Below are positions 38,608 to 48,164 of a stretch of 64,000 nt of DNA, one piece after another. Positions within the stretch are counted from its first letter, which is position 1; each line of letters begins with the position of its first letter. Location: positions 213 to 64,212 of the forward strand of contig JAEHCK010000011.1 in assembly GCA_020696345.1 (NCBI GenBank), read 5' to 3'. The notes beneath the pieces are model-generated. The model was not told the origin of the DNA, did no database searches, and saw only the letters and a list, made by a program, of their open reading frames with translations. Both the position numbers and the translations under genes were made by a program. Origin of the DNA: Thermoplasmata archaeon. GTDB taxonomy: Archaea > Thermoplasmatota > Penumbrarchaeia > JAEHCK01.

Positions 38608-38690
38608 CAATATCCCAAGCAACGATCAAGCACATTTTACCAACAACTTAATTACCCCCTTTATTATTTATACACTTGAAGGTGAAAATC

Positions 38691-41600
38691 ATGAGGCTCA
38701 TGAGACGGGGCGTCCTGGTATTATTCTGTTCGATTTTCCTGATCTTGGTATCCTTGACTTATCCATTGATCAAATTTGACATCACTGCGGATTCGAAAGT
38801 TCAGACATTCCATGATGGGACAGATGAAAAAATTGTGAGTGTCCCGGATTTTGATACGAGTTTCTATATTGAGGTCCCGACAACTGCAGATGCACTTGAA
38901 GCAACCATGAACGTGTCGTTTGTGGATTTTGACGGGCTTTACCCGATCAATCCTATATTGCGAATGGGTACATCTATCGACCCGGTCTGGATGAAGCCGC
39001 TTTGGGAATACAAGAATACAGGGTATGGTGCACTGGGGCATCAATACAGCTTCACCAGTGGTGCAATTGAAGATGAGCTCGTGTACGATGAGGCCACGAA
39101 GGAGGATGAGGTTACGATATTTTTACCCGCCTCGGCTCATGTACGCTCGGCAAAGATAAATCTCACTGGCATAGAATATGACTGCTGGTCGAAAGATGTA
39201 TTGGAGTTAAATGTCGAGCCGGACGGTACCGGTGACTATGAACCGGATATGACCGTTTTCAATGACCAACTGTTCACGGTCTATCGCAGCTATAATGATG
39301 TGGTTACAAATGCAAGTGACGCAGATATTGTCATAACAAATTCCACAGATGGGTTCAACTGGAGCTCCGGATATGAGATCACATCCAGACCGGATAGCAT
39401 ACCGCCGTATAATTATTCATTGACTTCGGCCGATTGGCGGCCGGTGCTGGAACAATTCAAAAACAGGTTATACTGTGCCTGGGAAAGCAACGGCACCTCC
39501 ACTTCAGGCCCCGACCATGATATCCTTCTACGCTCATCGGCAAACGGCATCACCTGGAGCGAACCCATCGTCAATGTGAGCGACCTTTGGGAAGATACAT
39601 ATTCAGTCAATCCGGGGATCAAGAATGATTGGACGGCGGATATGGCAGTTTTCAAGAATAAACTGTGGCTGGTCTGGGTCAGTAATAATACGGGTTCCAA
39701 TAGCGGTTTTTCCACATCTATCGGAGATATAATGATCACCAATAGCTCGGACGGCATTACCTGGGGTGTGCCCAAAGACCTGGTCAAGGGTGATAATTGG
39801 TACACCAATGATCTATCACCGAAACTTACTGTGTTCAATAACAGTTTATATGCGGTCTGGGTGTCGAATACGACCAAATTAGCGCATAATGATGAACTGG
39901 ACTTTGATATAGTATACCGAAACACCACCGATGGTGTAAACTGGAGCGCGTTAAAGACACTAAATCCCAATGATAATGATTACCTGTTTGGCAAGGGTAG
40001 TGTTGACCATCAGCCCGTGTTGTTGAGCCATGATAACAAGTTGTACTGTGCCTGGATGTCTGCAGCTACTCAATACACTTCTGGGGTGGACTTTGATATA
40101 GTTCTTGGGTATACCTCCAATGGTACTTTTGACTCGGAAAATATAACTCACATGGAAGTGTCGGACGAGAAAAATAATTATTACGAACATTCACCACAAC
40201 TAACAGTTTTCGAAGATCGACTGTACATAATATGGGTGAGCGAGGTTGCGGGCAATACGGGCAATAGCGAGATTTTGGTGCGGTATTTAGATCTCGATCT
40301 TGACCTTAACCCAGCCAACAACCACCTTAGCATGATCCAGCAGGTCAACCCACCCGATAACGGCGGCAAAGATTATTGGCCGAAAGTTAGCGTGTTCAAA
40401 AACAAATTATTCGCAACCTGGGTTTCAAATGACACTAAAACAGGTACGGGCAAGGATAAGGATATCATACTTACTCATCTAACCACATCGCATCTACCTT
40501 TAAAGATCGGTTTGGATGTGGGTGGTGACGGTACCTGGGATATTGCGAAAGCTACTCAATTAGATGAGCAAATTACAGAGTTCGACCTGACTTCGTACTT
40601 CAATAATGTACTCACCAACAATACATGGCAAGATAACAATTCAAAAACAACTTCGTACGGTTTTACAATGAGCGAGATACCCTTGAATGTCCAATTTTCG
40701 GGCCCGGGGAAAATTCTTGCCCAGGACTTGCATATTTATTATAATTGTACATTTCAGGTCAAGGATTTCAGTAAAAAATTAAATGAATATATTACATCAC
40801 ATCCGGGTGAGGCCACGAGTAATAACACGATCAAGATCCCGTTTACACTAACGGTTCCGGTCAGCACAAAAGGGAAGATCAAGGTCTCGGACGTGTCGGT
40901 GATCTTTGATCACAAGCCAAGTATAAATATTATCGAGCCGCCTGAAGATGGGTTGACCATTTCCGAGCCAGTGTTTAGAATTCAATGGTCGGACTTCGAT
41001 CCGGACGATAACGCAAAAATTTCACTGTATTATGATACTGACGCCCATGGTTTCGATGGCAAGGTCATTGCTACCAATTTAAGCGAGGACGGCGACTTGG
41101 ATGAGAATTATTTTGATTGGGCCTGGTGGAACACTGAAGAACTTCGAGCCGGTGGAACCTATCATATCTACGCCAATATAACCGATGGAAGGAACTATTA
41201 CCTTAATTACAGTGAGGGGCCGCTCAAGATCCCACTGATCAATATAACCAATTTTATCGATCTTCAACTCGTGGAACCAGACGGAGTTGACGATGACGCG
41301 TGGGATGCCGTTGTGATACAATGGGCGAGTTATAACTATTGGCCCGACCAGACCGCTAATATCGCACTGTATTATGACACCGATGATAATGGCTTCGACG
41401 GATTGCCTATCGATATCAACAACGACAGTAAAGTCGATGACCAGGATCTAATAAATATGACGGGTGAGCATGGTCAAGGCACGATCATATGGAACATATC
41501 AGGACTACCTCAGGGAAGCTCGGTTTTCATCTACGGCAAGATCACCGATCACTGGAATATTTCATATTCTAACTACAGTTCAGGTCCGATCACGCGCCTT

Positions 41601-42662
41601 CATATGCCAGCACCGAAAGGGTTTGTTCTCGTGGACGATCTGGACCCACTCGACAATAATTTTACCACCCATGACCAAAACCCGTCGTTCACATGGCTGC
41701 CGCCCATGGCCAACCCGCCCGATGACATGGAATATGTCTTTAAGGTCTGTGAAGGATCAGATAACTCCGGTGAAAAAGTGTTTGAGGACACCGTATTGAC
41801 CACCGAGGTTTCGGTTGATAAACCACTGGAATTTCATCAAATATATTATGCCGAGGTATTCGCACAATTGGCTGATGGCAATGCCTCTATGAAAGCGGGT
41901 CTTACCTTTGAATTGACCAACCATGCCCCAGAGGCGCCAGTTATAGCAATTACTCCAGGATCGCCAAAAACCACATCAATACTGAATTGTACGGTCCTAA
42001 ATGAGAGTTTCGATCATGAGAATGATCGTATCGAATATTCATACCTATGGTTCAAGAACGGTCACGCACAAGTAGACTATACAAATTTAACCGAGATCAC
42101 GTCGGACGCCACCACAAAAGGCGAACGCTGGCGGTGTACTGTGTTACCCAATGATGGTATAGACCAAGGGATCGGCGGAAGTATTGAAGTATTGATAGGT
42201 AACAGCCCGCCCACCATCAAGATCGACGTACCAGTATCCGGTAAAGAGTACCAGGACAATGAGGTTATTAATATCAAATTTACGATCCATGACCCGGATG
42301 CGGGTGATATCGAGCATATTCAATACATAGTATATGCAAACGAGCTGAAACATAAGATAAGAACGGGATATGTGGATTCCAACAACGGTATTGTAGAATT
42401 TGCCACTTACCTGGCTGAGGGCACACATAATTTGACATTCAACATATCCGATGGTGAGACCAGTATCGAGGTATATCTGGAAGTGAAAGTTTCAGGCCAC
42501 CAGACCGAAGATCTTAACAACCTGATGTTACAGCTCATCTATGGGATCGTGATCATAGTGGTCATCTTACTAATTTTCTTTCTGGCACTACTGACACGGG
42601 TGCGGAATATGAAGAAAGAAGATAAAGCGGAAGATAAAGCAGAAGTTGATGAAGAGGAATAA
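38691..42662 (+). CDS. Giant surface protein with a BNR/Asp-box (sialidase-like) beta-propeller, Ig-like domains, TM and acidic tail
   Basis: GGTGA lies 6 nt before ATG 38691 (the ORF track starts at TTG 38676). Asp-boxes ITNSTDGFNWSS, SSANGITWSE, ITNSSDGITWGV, NTTDGVNWSA. TM (IYGIVIIVVILLIFFLALL). Tail KKEDKAEDKAEVDEEE. Confidence 0.85.
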   Translation: MRLMRRGVLVLFCSIFLILVSLTYPLIKFDITADSKVQTFHDGTDEKIVSVPDFDTSFYIEVPTTADALEATMNVSFVDFDGLYPINPILRMGTSIDPVWMKPLWEYKNTGYGALGHQYSFTSGAIEDELVYDEATKEDEVTIFLPASAHVRSAKINLTGIEYDCWSKDVLELNVEPDGTGDYEPDMTVFNDQLFTVYRSYNDVVTNASDADIVITNSTDGFNWSSGYEITSRPDSIPPYNYSLTSADWRPVLEQFKNRLYCAWESNGTSTSGPDHDILLRSSANGITWSEPIVNVSDLWEDTYSVNPGIKNDWTADMAVFKNKLWLVWVSNNTGSNSGFSTSIGDIMITNSSDGITWGVPKDLVKGDNWYTNDLSPKLTVFNNSLYAVWVSNTTKLAHNDELDFDIVYRNTTDGVNWSALKTLNPNDNDYLFGKGSVDHQPVLLSHDNKLYCAWMSAATQYTSGVDFDIVLGYTSNGTFDSENITHMEVSDEKNNYYEHSPQLTVFEDRLYIIWVSEVAGNTGNSEILVRYLDLDLDLNPANNHLSMIQQVNPPDNGGKDYWPKVSVFKNKLFATWVSNDTKTGTGKDKDIILTHLTTSHLPLKIGLDVGGDGTWDIAKATQLDEQITEFDLTSYFNNVLTNNTWQDNNSKTTSYGFTMSEIPLNVQFSGPGKILAQDLHIYYNCTFQVKDFSKKLNEYITSHPGEATSNNTIKIPFTLTVPVSTKGKIKVSDVSVIFDHKPSINIIEPPEDGLTISEPVFRIQWSDFDPDDNAKISLYYDTDAHGFDGKVIATNLSEDGDLDENYFDWAWWNTEELRAGGTYHIYANITDGRNYYLNYSEGPLKIPLINITNFIDLQLVEPDGVDDDAWDAVVIQWASYNYWPDQTANIALYYDTDDNGFDGLPIDINNDSKVDDQDLINMTGEHGQGTIIWNISGLPQGSSVFIYGKITDHWNISYSNYSSGPITRLHMPAPKGFVLVDDLDPLDNNFTTHDQNPSFTWLPPMANPPDDMEYVFKVCEGSDNSGEKVFEDTVLTTEVSVDKPLEFHQIYYAEVFAQLADGNASMKAGLTFELTNHAPEAPVIAITPGSPKTTSILNCTVLNESFDHENDRIEYSYLWFKNGHAQVDYTNLTEITSDATTKGERWRCTVLPNDGIDQGIGGSIEVLIGNSPPTIKIDVPVSGKEYQDNEVINIKFTIHDPDAGDIEHIQYIVYANELKHKIRTGYVDSNNGIVEFATYLAEGTHNLTFNISDGETSIEVYLEVKVSGHQTEDLNNLMLQLIYGIVIIVVILLIFFLALLTRVRNMKKEDKAEDKAEVDEEE

Positions 42663-42715
42663 TTAGTTTGTGAGTGTGGGAGTGTAAGTGTGTGGGAGTT
42701 ATTATCAGGGATTTA

Positions 42716-42780
42716 GGGTCGGAAACAGTTGCTAGATGTTAGTTGCTAGTACTACTTTGTTAGTTGAAAAATTTAATGAA
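42716..42780. repeat. Partial GTTGCTAG module followed by the conserved 30-mer ACTACTTTGTTAGTTGAAAAATTTAATGAA
   Basis: 42716-42750 matches 38126-38160. The 30-mer recurs at 47256-47285 and, reverse-complemented, at 18071-18100. Confidence 0.8.
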
Positions 42781-42974
42781 CTATTTGGGTTTGGGATTTT
42801 CTTGAGGCATTGGTAGTAGAATAAAATGGTTTAGGTAATTCAAATTTGAAGTTTAGAATTTGTTTAGAGATTCGAAATTCGAATTTTACGTTATCTAAAT
42901 AATAAATAAACATATTCTTAGCAGTTCGGAAATAGCCATGTCCAACATTTTTTCACTACGATTACAAGGATAAA

Positions 42975-43118
42975 ATGATGGTAAAAGGAGAAATTGGAAG
43001 ATCAATAAAAAAGGGAAACTTCGAAATATTTGTTAAACTGATCCCTAGTTATTCATACTCCATTGACGAAGAGGTATGGGTTTTAAAGCACATTGGTAAA
43101 AGGAGGTTAAAGAAATGA
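42975..43118 (+). CDS. Hypothetical 47-aa protein (below the ORF-track cutoff)
   Basis: ATG ORF MMVKGEIGRSIKKGNFEIFVKLIPSYSYSIDEEVWVLKHIGKRRLKK. Its stop overlaps (ATGA) the start of 43115..43414. Nothing beyond the open frame supports it. Confidence 0.25.
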   Translation: MMVKGEIGRSIKKGNFEIFVKLIPSYSYSIDEEVWVLKHIGKRRLKK

Positions 43119-43414
43119 ATAGAAAAAAACTTGAATCTGGAGATATTAAATGCCCGGATTGTGGAAAAAAATGCAGATCCACAGAAATAGCAGCCGCTGG
43201 AGCTAAAGTTAAAGGTTGGAGATGTAATTGTAGCTACGAACTAATAAGCCCTTATGAAATCGAAAAAGCCTATTTACTAATGCTAGCCAAAAAGCACGAA
43301 AAGGTAAAAATTTCCAAGAGAGGTAATTCTTACATGATCACAATTCCAAAAGCTATCGCTAATGCTATTAATATTGAAAAAATAAAGGCTGCGGAGGTTT
43401 TTCTGAATGGATGA
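43115..43414 (+). CDS. Zinc-ribbon plus AbrB/SpoVT-like DNA-binding protein
   Basis: CPDCGKKC...WRCNC, then VKISKRGNSYMITIPKAIANAINI (swapped-hairpin AbrB/MazE-like motif). AGGAGG lies 8 nt before the ATG. Confidence 0.6.
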   Translation: MNRKKLESGDIKCPDCGKKCRSTEIAAAGAKVKGWRCNCSYELISPYEIEKAYLLMLAKKHEKVKISKRGNSYMITIPKAIANAINIEKIKAAEVFLNG

Positions 43415-43586
43415 ACATACGATCTCGGTTATCGTCTAAAGTATATTCATCCCATGTTCGTTCTTTCATTCGTTGCTTGTGCGCATTAAGCGACTAATAG
43501 TAGGTGTCTGCAGGGGGTAAAAAAAAAGGAAAAATATTTATGTATATAGACGATAACTAATCATTCATGTTTTTGGGGGTAGTGGT

Positions 43587-46500
43587 TTGAAAAAGAGATT
43601 AATACATAAATTGATCACTTTTAGTTTCATTATATTTATAATTATTTCAAATGCTCAATTTTTTGTTTCAACAAATAATAATAGATATGAGTTCAATGAA
43701 AATTTGGAATTATTCAAATCCGAACAGAGATCCGCTAATTTTAATAACAAATTCCAAGAATCAAGTGGATCAAGATATTCACCATATCAAACAAAATATA
43801 TTGAAGACAACTTTTTCAACGAGTCAAAAATTGATTTTAAGGAAAACGTACTTATTGATACTTCATTAGGTGAGATAACGATATTAGAACCAATGATACC
43901 TTTTAATAAGACATATTATAAAGACGGAGGTGGAACAGGTCGGTCGATCCAGCAAACATCCGATGGTGGATATATCATTGCAAGCACATCAAATGATGCC
44001 ATTTTAACCAAAATAGATAAAAACGGCAATCTATCGTGGCGAAAAAGCTTTGGGGGGTATGACACAGATATTGGATATTTTGCAGCTGAAACAACAGATA
44101 AAGGTTTTATTTTATTCGGATCGACGTATTCCTATGGAGCGGGTAGTTCTGATGGATTATTAATTAAGACCGATAAACTTGGCAATCTAATTTGGGAATC
44201 CACATTTGGGGGTATTAGCGTTGATCTAATACGCACAGGTCAACAAACCTCGGATGGAGGTTATATTGCTGTTGGTATAAGTAAAGTTGAAGATAGTGCA
44301 CCACAGAATTTATGGTTAGTTAAAACTGATGATATGGGTAACGTGGAATGGAATAAAAGGTATGGTGGACAATATACAGATGAGGGATATTGGGTACAAC
44401 AGACGTCGGATGAGGGGTACATCATTACTGGTTCAACCATATCTTATGCAACTGGATCTGGTCGTACCTGGTTAATAAAAACGGATGATTCAGGAAATGA
44501 AGAATGGAATACAAGCTTTGAAGGATATCAAGGTGATGTTGGACATTATGTTCAAGAAACCTCAGAAGGTGGATATATAATCACAGGTACAAATAAAAGC
44601 ATCTACCATGGAACAGGGAAAAGTGACGTAGCTCTTATTAAAACTAATAGCACAGGTGTTGTCGAATGGCGAAGCATTTTTGAAAGCATAACTGATGATT
44701 CAGGGCATACAGTCCATCAGACCTCAGATAATGGATATATTATTGGTGGTGGCATCGATGGTGATAAGTATCATTACATGTGTTTAATAAAAACAAATGA
44801 AACTGGCCATGTAATGTGGGATAAGAAATTTTATGGTAAAGAAGAATATTATCCAACATTTGCCCAACCAACCAAGGATGATGGATATATAATTGTTGGT
44901 ACAACAAAAATCTACGGAGATGGCGGAAGTGATACTTGGGTAATCAAAACAGATAGCACAGGAAATATGTATCCAATTAGCTTTATGAATGGTACTATAA
45001 TTTCACGAAATTTGCTAGAAAATGATAGTGCAAATTCAATAAACTTCTTTAATTGTACAGCATCAATTTACCCAGATACAAATATTGATGTTCAATTTTC
45101 GCAAGATAATATTACTTGGTATAATTCTTTAGGCATTTTAGATGACTTTGATCGATTGGGTGATAGATTAAATAATATCGATCTAAAATCTCTAGATTGG
45201 AGTGGAAATGAATTCTATTACAAATTGAACTTTTCAACTCATGATGTTGACTATATTCCAAATATCCTAAATATAAACATATCATTTACGATAAATATTG
45301 ATTTACCAGCTTATACAAAAGATAAACCAGATCTTAGCATTGATAAAAGAGATATTAGAACGAGTTCTAATTATCAGAAGAGCATACTAGTCTATGATTC
45401 GATAGTTTTTAGAATTATAATCCATAATATTGGAAATGCTTCAGCTAACAATATAAAAGTCAAATTATGGGAAGGACATCCTGAGTCTGAAGATAGAAAG
45501 ATCATATCAACGTGGGATCATGATGAGTTACACCCAAACAAAGAAGTTGAACTATCAAGAACCCCGGGCTATCAATTTGATACCATTGGAGAACACTATA
45601 TTTATGCCGTAATTGATCCAGATAATTTAATTCTTGAAATGGATGAAGATAATAATATTGCTTTTAGAATAATAAATGTAACCCCAAGATTACCTGAACT
45701 TTTTATTCTGGAGGATATTAGAGATCAAGAAATAAAACCGTGGGTTTTTCGCAATGGTAAAAATGTCCAGACAGGAATATTACTTGATGGGGAAAAATAT
45801 TGGTTTAATTTCAATATTTCAAATATGGGACCTCGTCATGCTTTAAATTTTAATGTCTCAATATACCTAGATCATCTATTGAATGAATTGGATAAAATTT
45901 TTATTGAAGAAATATACGCTGAAAAACGTGAGTATAGTATTACTACAAAATCAATAATCGCTGATTTCTCTATTGAGTCAGATAATAATCATAAAATAAT
46001 AATTGTTATTGATCCAGATTATACTATTAAAGAACTAAACAAAGAAAATAACATATTAGAAATCCCACAGTGCTTTACAATTATACATCCAAAAGATGAT
46101 CCAGACCTTGATGGATGCGTGAATGAATGGGAGATATATTTAGAAACAGATCCGTTTAATAAAAGTTCGAAACCACTAGATACCGATAATGATGGAAAAC
46201 CAAATGGTGATGAAAATAATTCTCAACCTTGGATGGACTATGATGATGATAATGATAATTATAACGATGAAGATGAAAAAAATTCCAATACAGATCCATT
46301 AGATGATAATGATCATCCATCCAAACAAACTGATAAAAGTACTTTTATTGAAGAGAATCTTATTATAGTAATTTTCATACTTATTCTTATTTTTACAATC
46401 ATAATAATAATTTTAGTAAGGGGCAAATCAAAAACAATAGAACTAAAAGAAACAAAACTAAAAAAAATAAAACCAATAGAAATAGAACCAATAGAAATAG

Positions 46501-46796
46501 AACAATCATATAGTGAAAATATGACACCCCAACCACTTGAGCAACAAACCAATTATCAAACAAACGTCCTCTCCAGTCAAAAACATATAGGATATTTTCT
46601 AATTACATTGGGTTTATTAGTAGCTATTGTAGTTCCAATCGCAATAATTGTCCGTGGAGGAGTGGGAGAAACTAGGGGATTTACTTTATGTATGGCAGTC
46701 TTAGCTCCTTATGTATTGATAATTCATGGTTATCGGATTGTATCTGCTAAATGGCCGGTTAATACCTGGAGTTGGAATTTGGAACGAAAAACCTAA
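43587..46796 (+). CDS. Large surface protein: about 8 beta-propeller-like repeats, CARDB-like domains, TSP3-like acidic stalk, TM, and a cytoplasmic segment with two further TMs
   Basis: Repeats of the QTSDGGYII.G.T.S.G.G..D.WLIKTD..GN..W pattern. DLSIDKRDI...HNIGNASANNIKV (CARDB-like). QPWMDYDDDNDN. TM LIIVIFILILIFTIIIIILV. Strongly AT-rich codons. TTG start. Confidence 0.78.
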   Translation: MKKRLIHKLITFSFIIFIIISNAQFFVSTNNNRYEFNENLELFKSEQRSANFNNKFQESSGSRYSPYQTKYIEDNFFNESKIDFKENVLIDTSLGEITILEPMIPFNKTYYKDGGGTGRSIQQTSDGGYIIASTSNDAILTKIDKNGNLSWRKSFGGYDTDIGYFAAETTDKGFILFGSTYSYGAGSSDGLLIKTDKLGNLIWESTFGGISVDLIRTGQQTSDGGYIAVGISKVEDSAPQNLWLVKTDDMGNVEWNKRYGGQYTDEGYWVQQTSDEGYIITGSTISYATGSGRTWLIKTDDSGNEEWNTSFEGYQGDVGHYVQETSEGGYIITGTNKSIYHGTGKSDVALIKTNSTGVVEWRSIFESITDDSGHTVHQTSDNGYIIGGGIDGDKYHYMCLIKTNETGHVMWDKKFYGKEEYYPTFAQPTKDDGYIIVGTTKIYGDGGSDTWVIKTDSTGNMYPISFMNGTIISRNLLENDSANSINFFNCTASIYPDTNIDVQFSQDNITWYNSLGILDDFDRLGDRLNNIDLKSLDWSGNEFYYKLNFSTHDVDYIPNILNINISFTINIDLPAYTKDKPDLSIDKRDIRTSSNYQKSILVYDSIVFRIIIHNIGNASANNIKVKLWEGHPESEDRKIISTWDHDELHPNKEVELSRTPGYQFDTIGEHYIYAVIDPDNLILEMDEDNNIAFRIINVTPRLPELFILEDIRDQEIKPWVFRNGKNVQTGILLDGEKYWFNFNISNMGPRHALNFNVSIYLDHLLNELDKIFIEEIYAEKREYSITTKSIIADFSIESDNNHKIIIVIDPDYTIKELNKENNILEIPQCFTIIHPKDDPDLDGCVNEWEIYLETDPFNKSSKPLDTDNDGKPNGDENNSQPWMDYDDDNDNYNDEDEKNSNTDPLDDNDHPSKQTDKSTFIEENLIIVIFILILIFTIIIIILVRGKSKTIELKETKLKKIKPIEIEPIEIEQSYSENMTPQPLEQQTNYQTNVLSSQKHIGYFLITLGLLVAIVVPIAIIVRGGVGETRGFTLCMAVLAPYVLIIHGYRIVSAKWPVNTWSWNLERKT

Positions 46797-46943
46797 TCAT
46801 CAAAACTAGTAATAAATATTGATAAATATCAATCCGTACCGAACAGTGCAAAGGGGGACGGTTTTCGCCACCGCAGGTACGGAAGGGTCTGAGTGGGAGC
46901 ACCCGAGGTGGCCAATTTTGTGGAGGATGTCACTACGGCCACA

Positions 46944-47219
46944 ATGGACAGCTACGACTTGCAGCAATATACGATTTCAGACACCCATACCGGCAGGGTG
47001 GCAAAATTAGCCAAAAATATACATGAGCTAACAAAAGCTACATTGGTGGGCATATCAAAACAGAAAGTAGAAAAAAGCACTGGTGAGAAAAAATGGGAGG
47101 TGTATCCCAATCTGGATGACAATATAAAGTTACATTCAGGTGATATTGTAATTCTACTGGGAAATGAAGACCAGTTCAAACGTGTTAGGGCCTACCTGGG
47201 AACGGTGCAGGGGCGATGA
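46944..47219 (+). CDS. Stand-alone TrkA-C (RCK C-terminal) domain protein
   Basis: VYPNLDDNIKLHSGDIVILLGNEDQFKRVRAYLG matches the TrkA_C pattern. Start uncertain (GTG 46893 or ATG 46944). Confidence 0.55.
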   Translation: MDSYDLQQYTISDTHTGRVAKLAKNIHELTKATLVGISKQKVEKSTGEKKWEVYPNLDDNIKLHSGDIVILLGNEDQFKRVRAYLGTVQGR

Positions 47220-47222
47220 AGG

Positions 47223-47375
47223 ACAGTTGCTAGGTTCTAGTTGCTAGTTGCTAGTACTACTTTGTTAGCTGAAGAATTTAATGAATAATAGACGGTCGAC
47301 CAGTCAGCTGGTCGATCTGTCAGCTAGTCACCCAGTTGACCGGTATACTGTTAGACCAGTAAACGAGCAGACCGG
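47223..47375. repeat. Mosaic intergenic repeat: GTTGCTAG words, conserved 30-mer, GACCAG/CTGGTC words
   Basis: 47223-47285 parallels 42724-42780. 47256-47375 parallels the reverse complement of 17961-18100. Confidence 0.8.
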
Positions 47376-47489
47376 GAAATTATGGGTTATGGATATGAAT
47401 TGAAGAATTAAGGTTGAAAAATTTACTAATTTACTAATGTAAACTAGTTGGTACTTTTAAATTTTCAATTTACAATTTTCATTTTTAAA

Positions 47490-47512
47490 TATCCCAAGCA
47501 ACAATCAAGCAT
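47490..47512 (+). repeat. Conserved 23-mer TATCCCAAGCAACAATCAAGCAT at the 3' edge of an AATTT/CAATTT word block
   Basis: Near-identical copies at 38611-38633 (TATCCCAAGCAACGATCAAGCAC) and 62394-62415 (TATCCAAGCAACAATCAAGCAC), all on the + strand. Degenerate copy near 53187. Confidence 0.8.
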
Positions 47513-47585
47513 CTTTCAATTTTCTCTCTTTATATCTCGTCATCCCCTCATAATTCTTATAAACGATTAATACATAGTCCTCTCA

Positions 47586-48164
47586 ATGATAGTTGCCTTG
47601 ACTGGTACCCCCGGCACCGGTAAGTCCACTGTGAGTAAACAACTGGTCGACGATAGATATTCTGTTCTTCCCATCAATGAGATCGCAAAAGAGCGCAAAC
47701 TGTTATTGGACTATGACTCCGACCGACAAACATACGAGGCCGATATTGACGGTTTGAACAAATATTTGACTAGATATATAAGCGAGCTAAATGCACAACA
47801 TAATAACGAGCCTGCACCCGAGCCGCAAGATACCATATTTCTCGAAGGCCATCTGGCACATCACCTGGACATGCCGGAGATCGTAATTATTTTGCGCTGC
47901 CACCCAACAGTGCTAACGCAGCGGTTATCGGCGAAGGGCTGGTCGGAGAATAAGATACGTGAAAACCTCGAGGCTGAGGCAGTTGACGTGATCTTGATCG
48001 AATGTATGAATAGATACGATGAAGATAAAATATTTGAGATCGATACCACTAGTGAAAAACCAAGTGAAAGTGTCAAGAGAATAGTAGAAATATTAAGCGG
48101 TTCCTCCAAACAATATCAACCTGGAAAGATCGACTGGTCAGAGGAGATATTAAAATGGTATTGA
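47586..48164 (+). CDS. Fap7/AK6-like adenylate kinase-type NTPase
   Basis: N-terminal P-loop MIVALTGTPGTGKSTVSKQL. 192 aa, typical of the archaeal AK6/Fap7 family. Confidence 0.78.
   Translation: MIVALTGTPGTGKSTVSKQLVDDRYSVLPINEIAKERKLLLDYDSDRQTYEADIDGLNKYLTRYISELNAQHNNEPAPEPQDTIFLEGHLAHHLDMPEIVIILRCHPTVLTQRLSAKGWSENKIRENLEAEAVDVILIECMNRYDEDKIFEIDTTSEKPSESVKRIVEILSGSSKQYQPGKIDWSEEILKWY

Noticed and set aside
46830-46943. GC-rich segment with CCGTACC...GGTACGG pairing upstream of the TrkA-C gene, considered as a possible riboswitch or leader
   Set aside because: I recognise no known riboswitch consensus. The segment may simply be the 5' coding part if the gene starts at GTG 46893.
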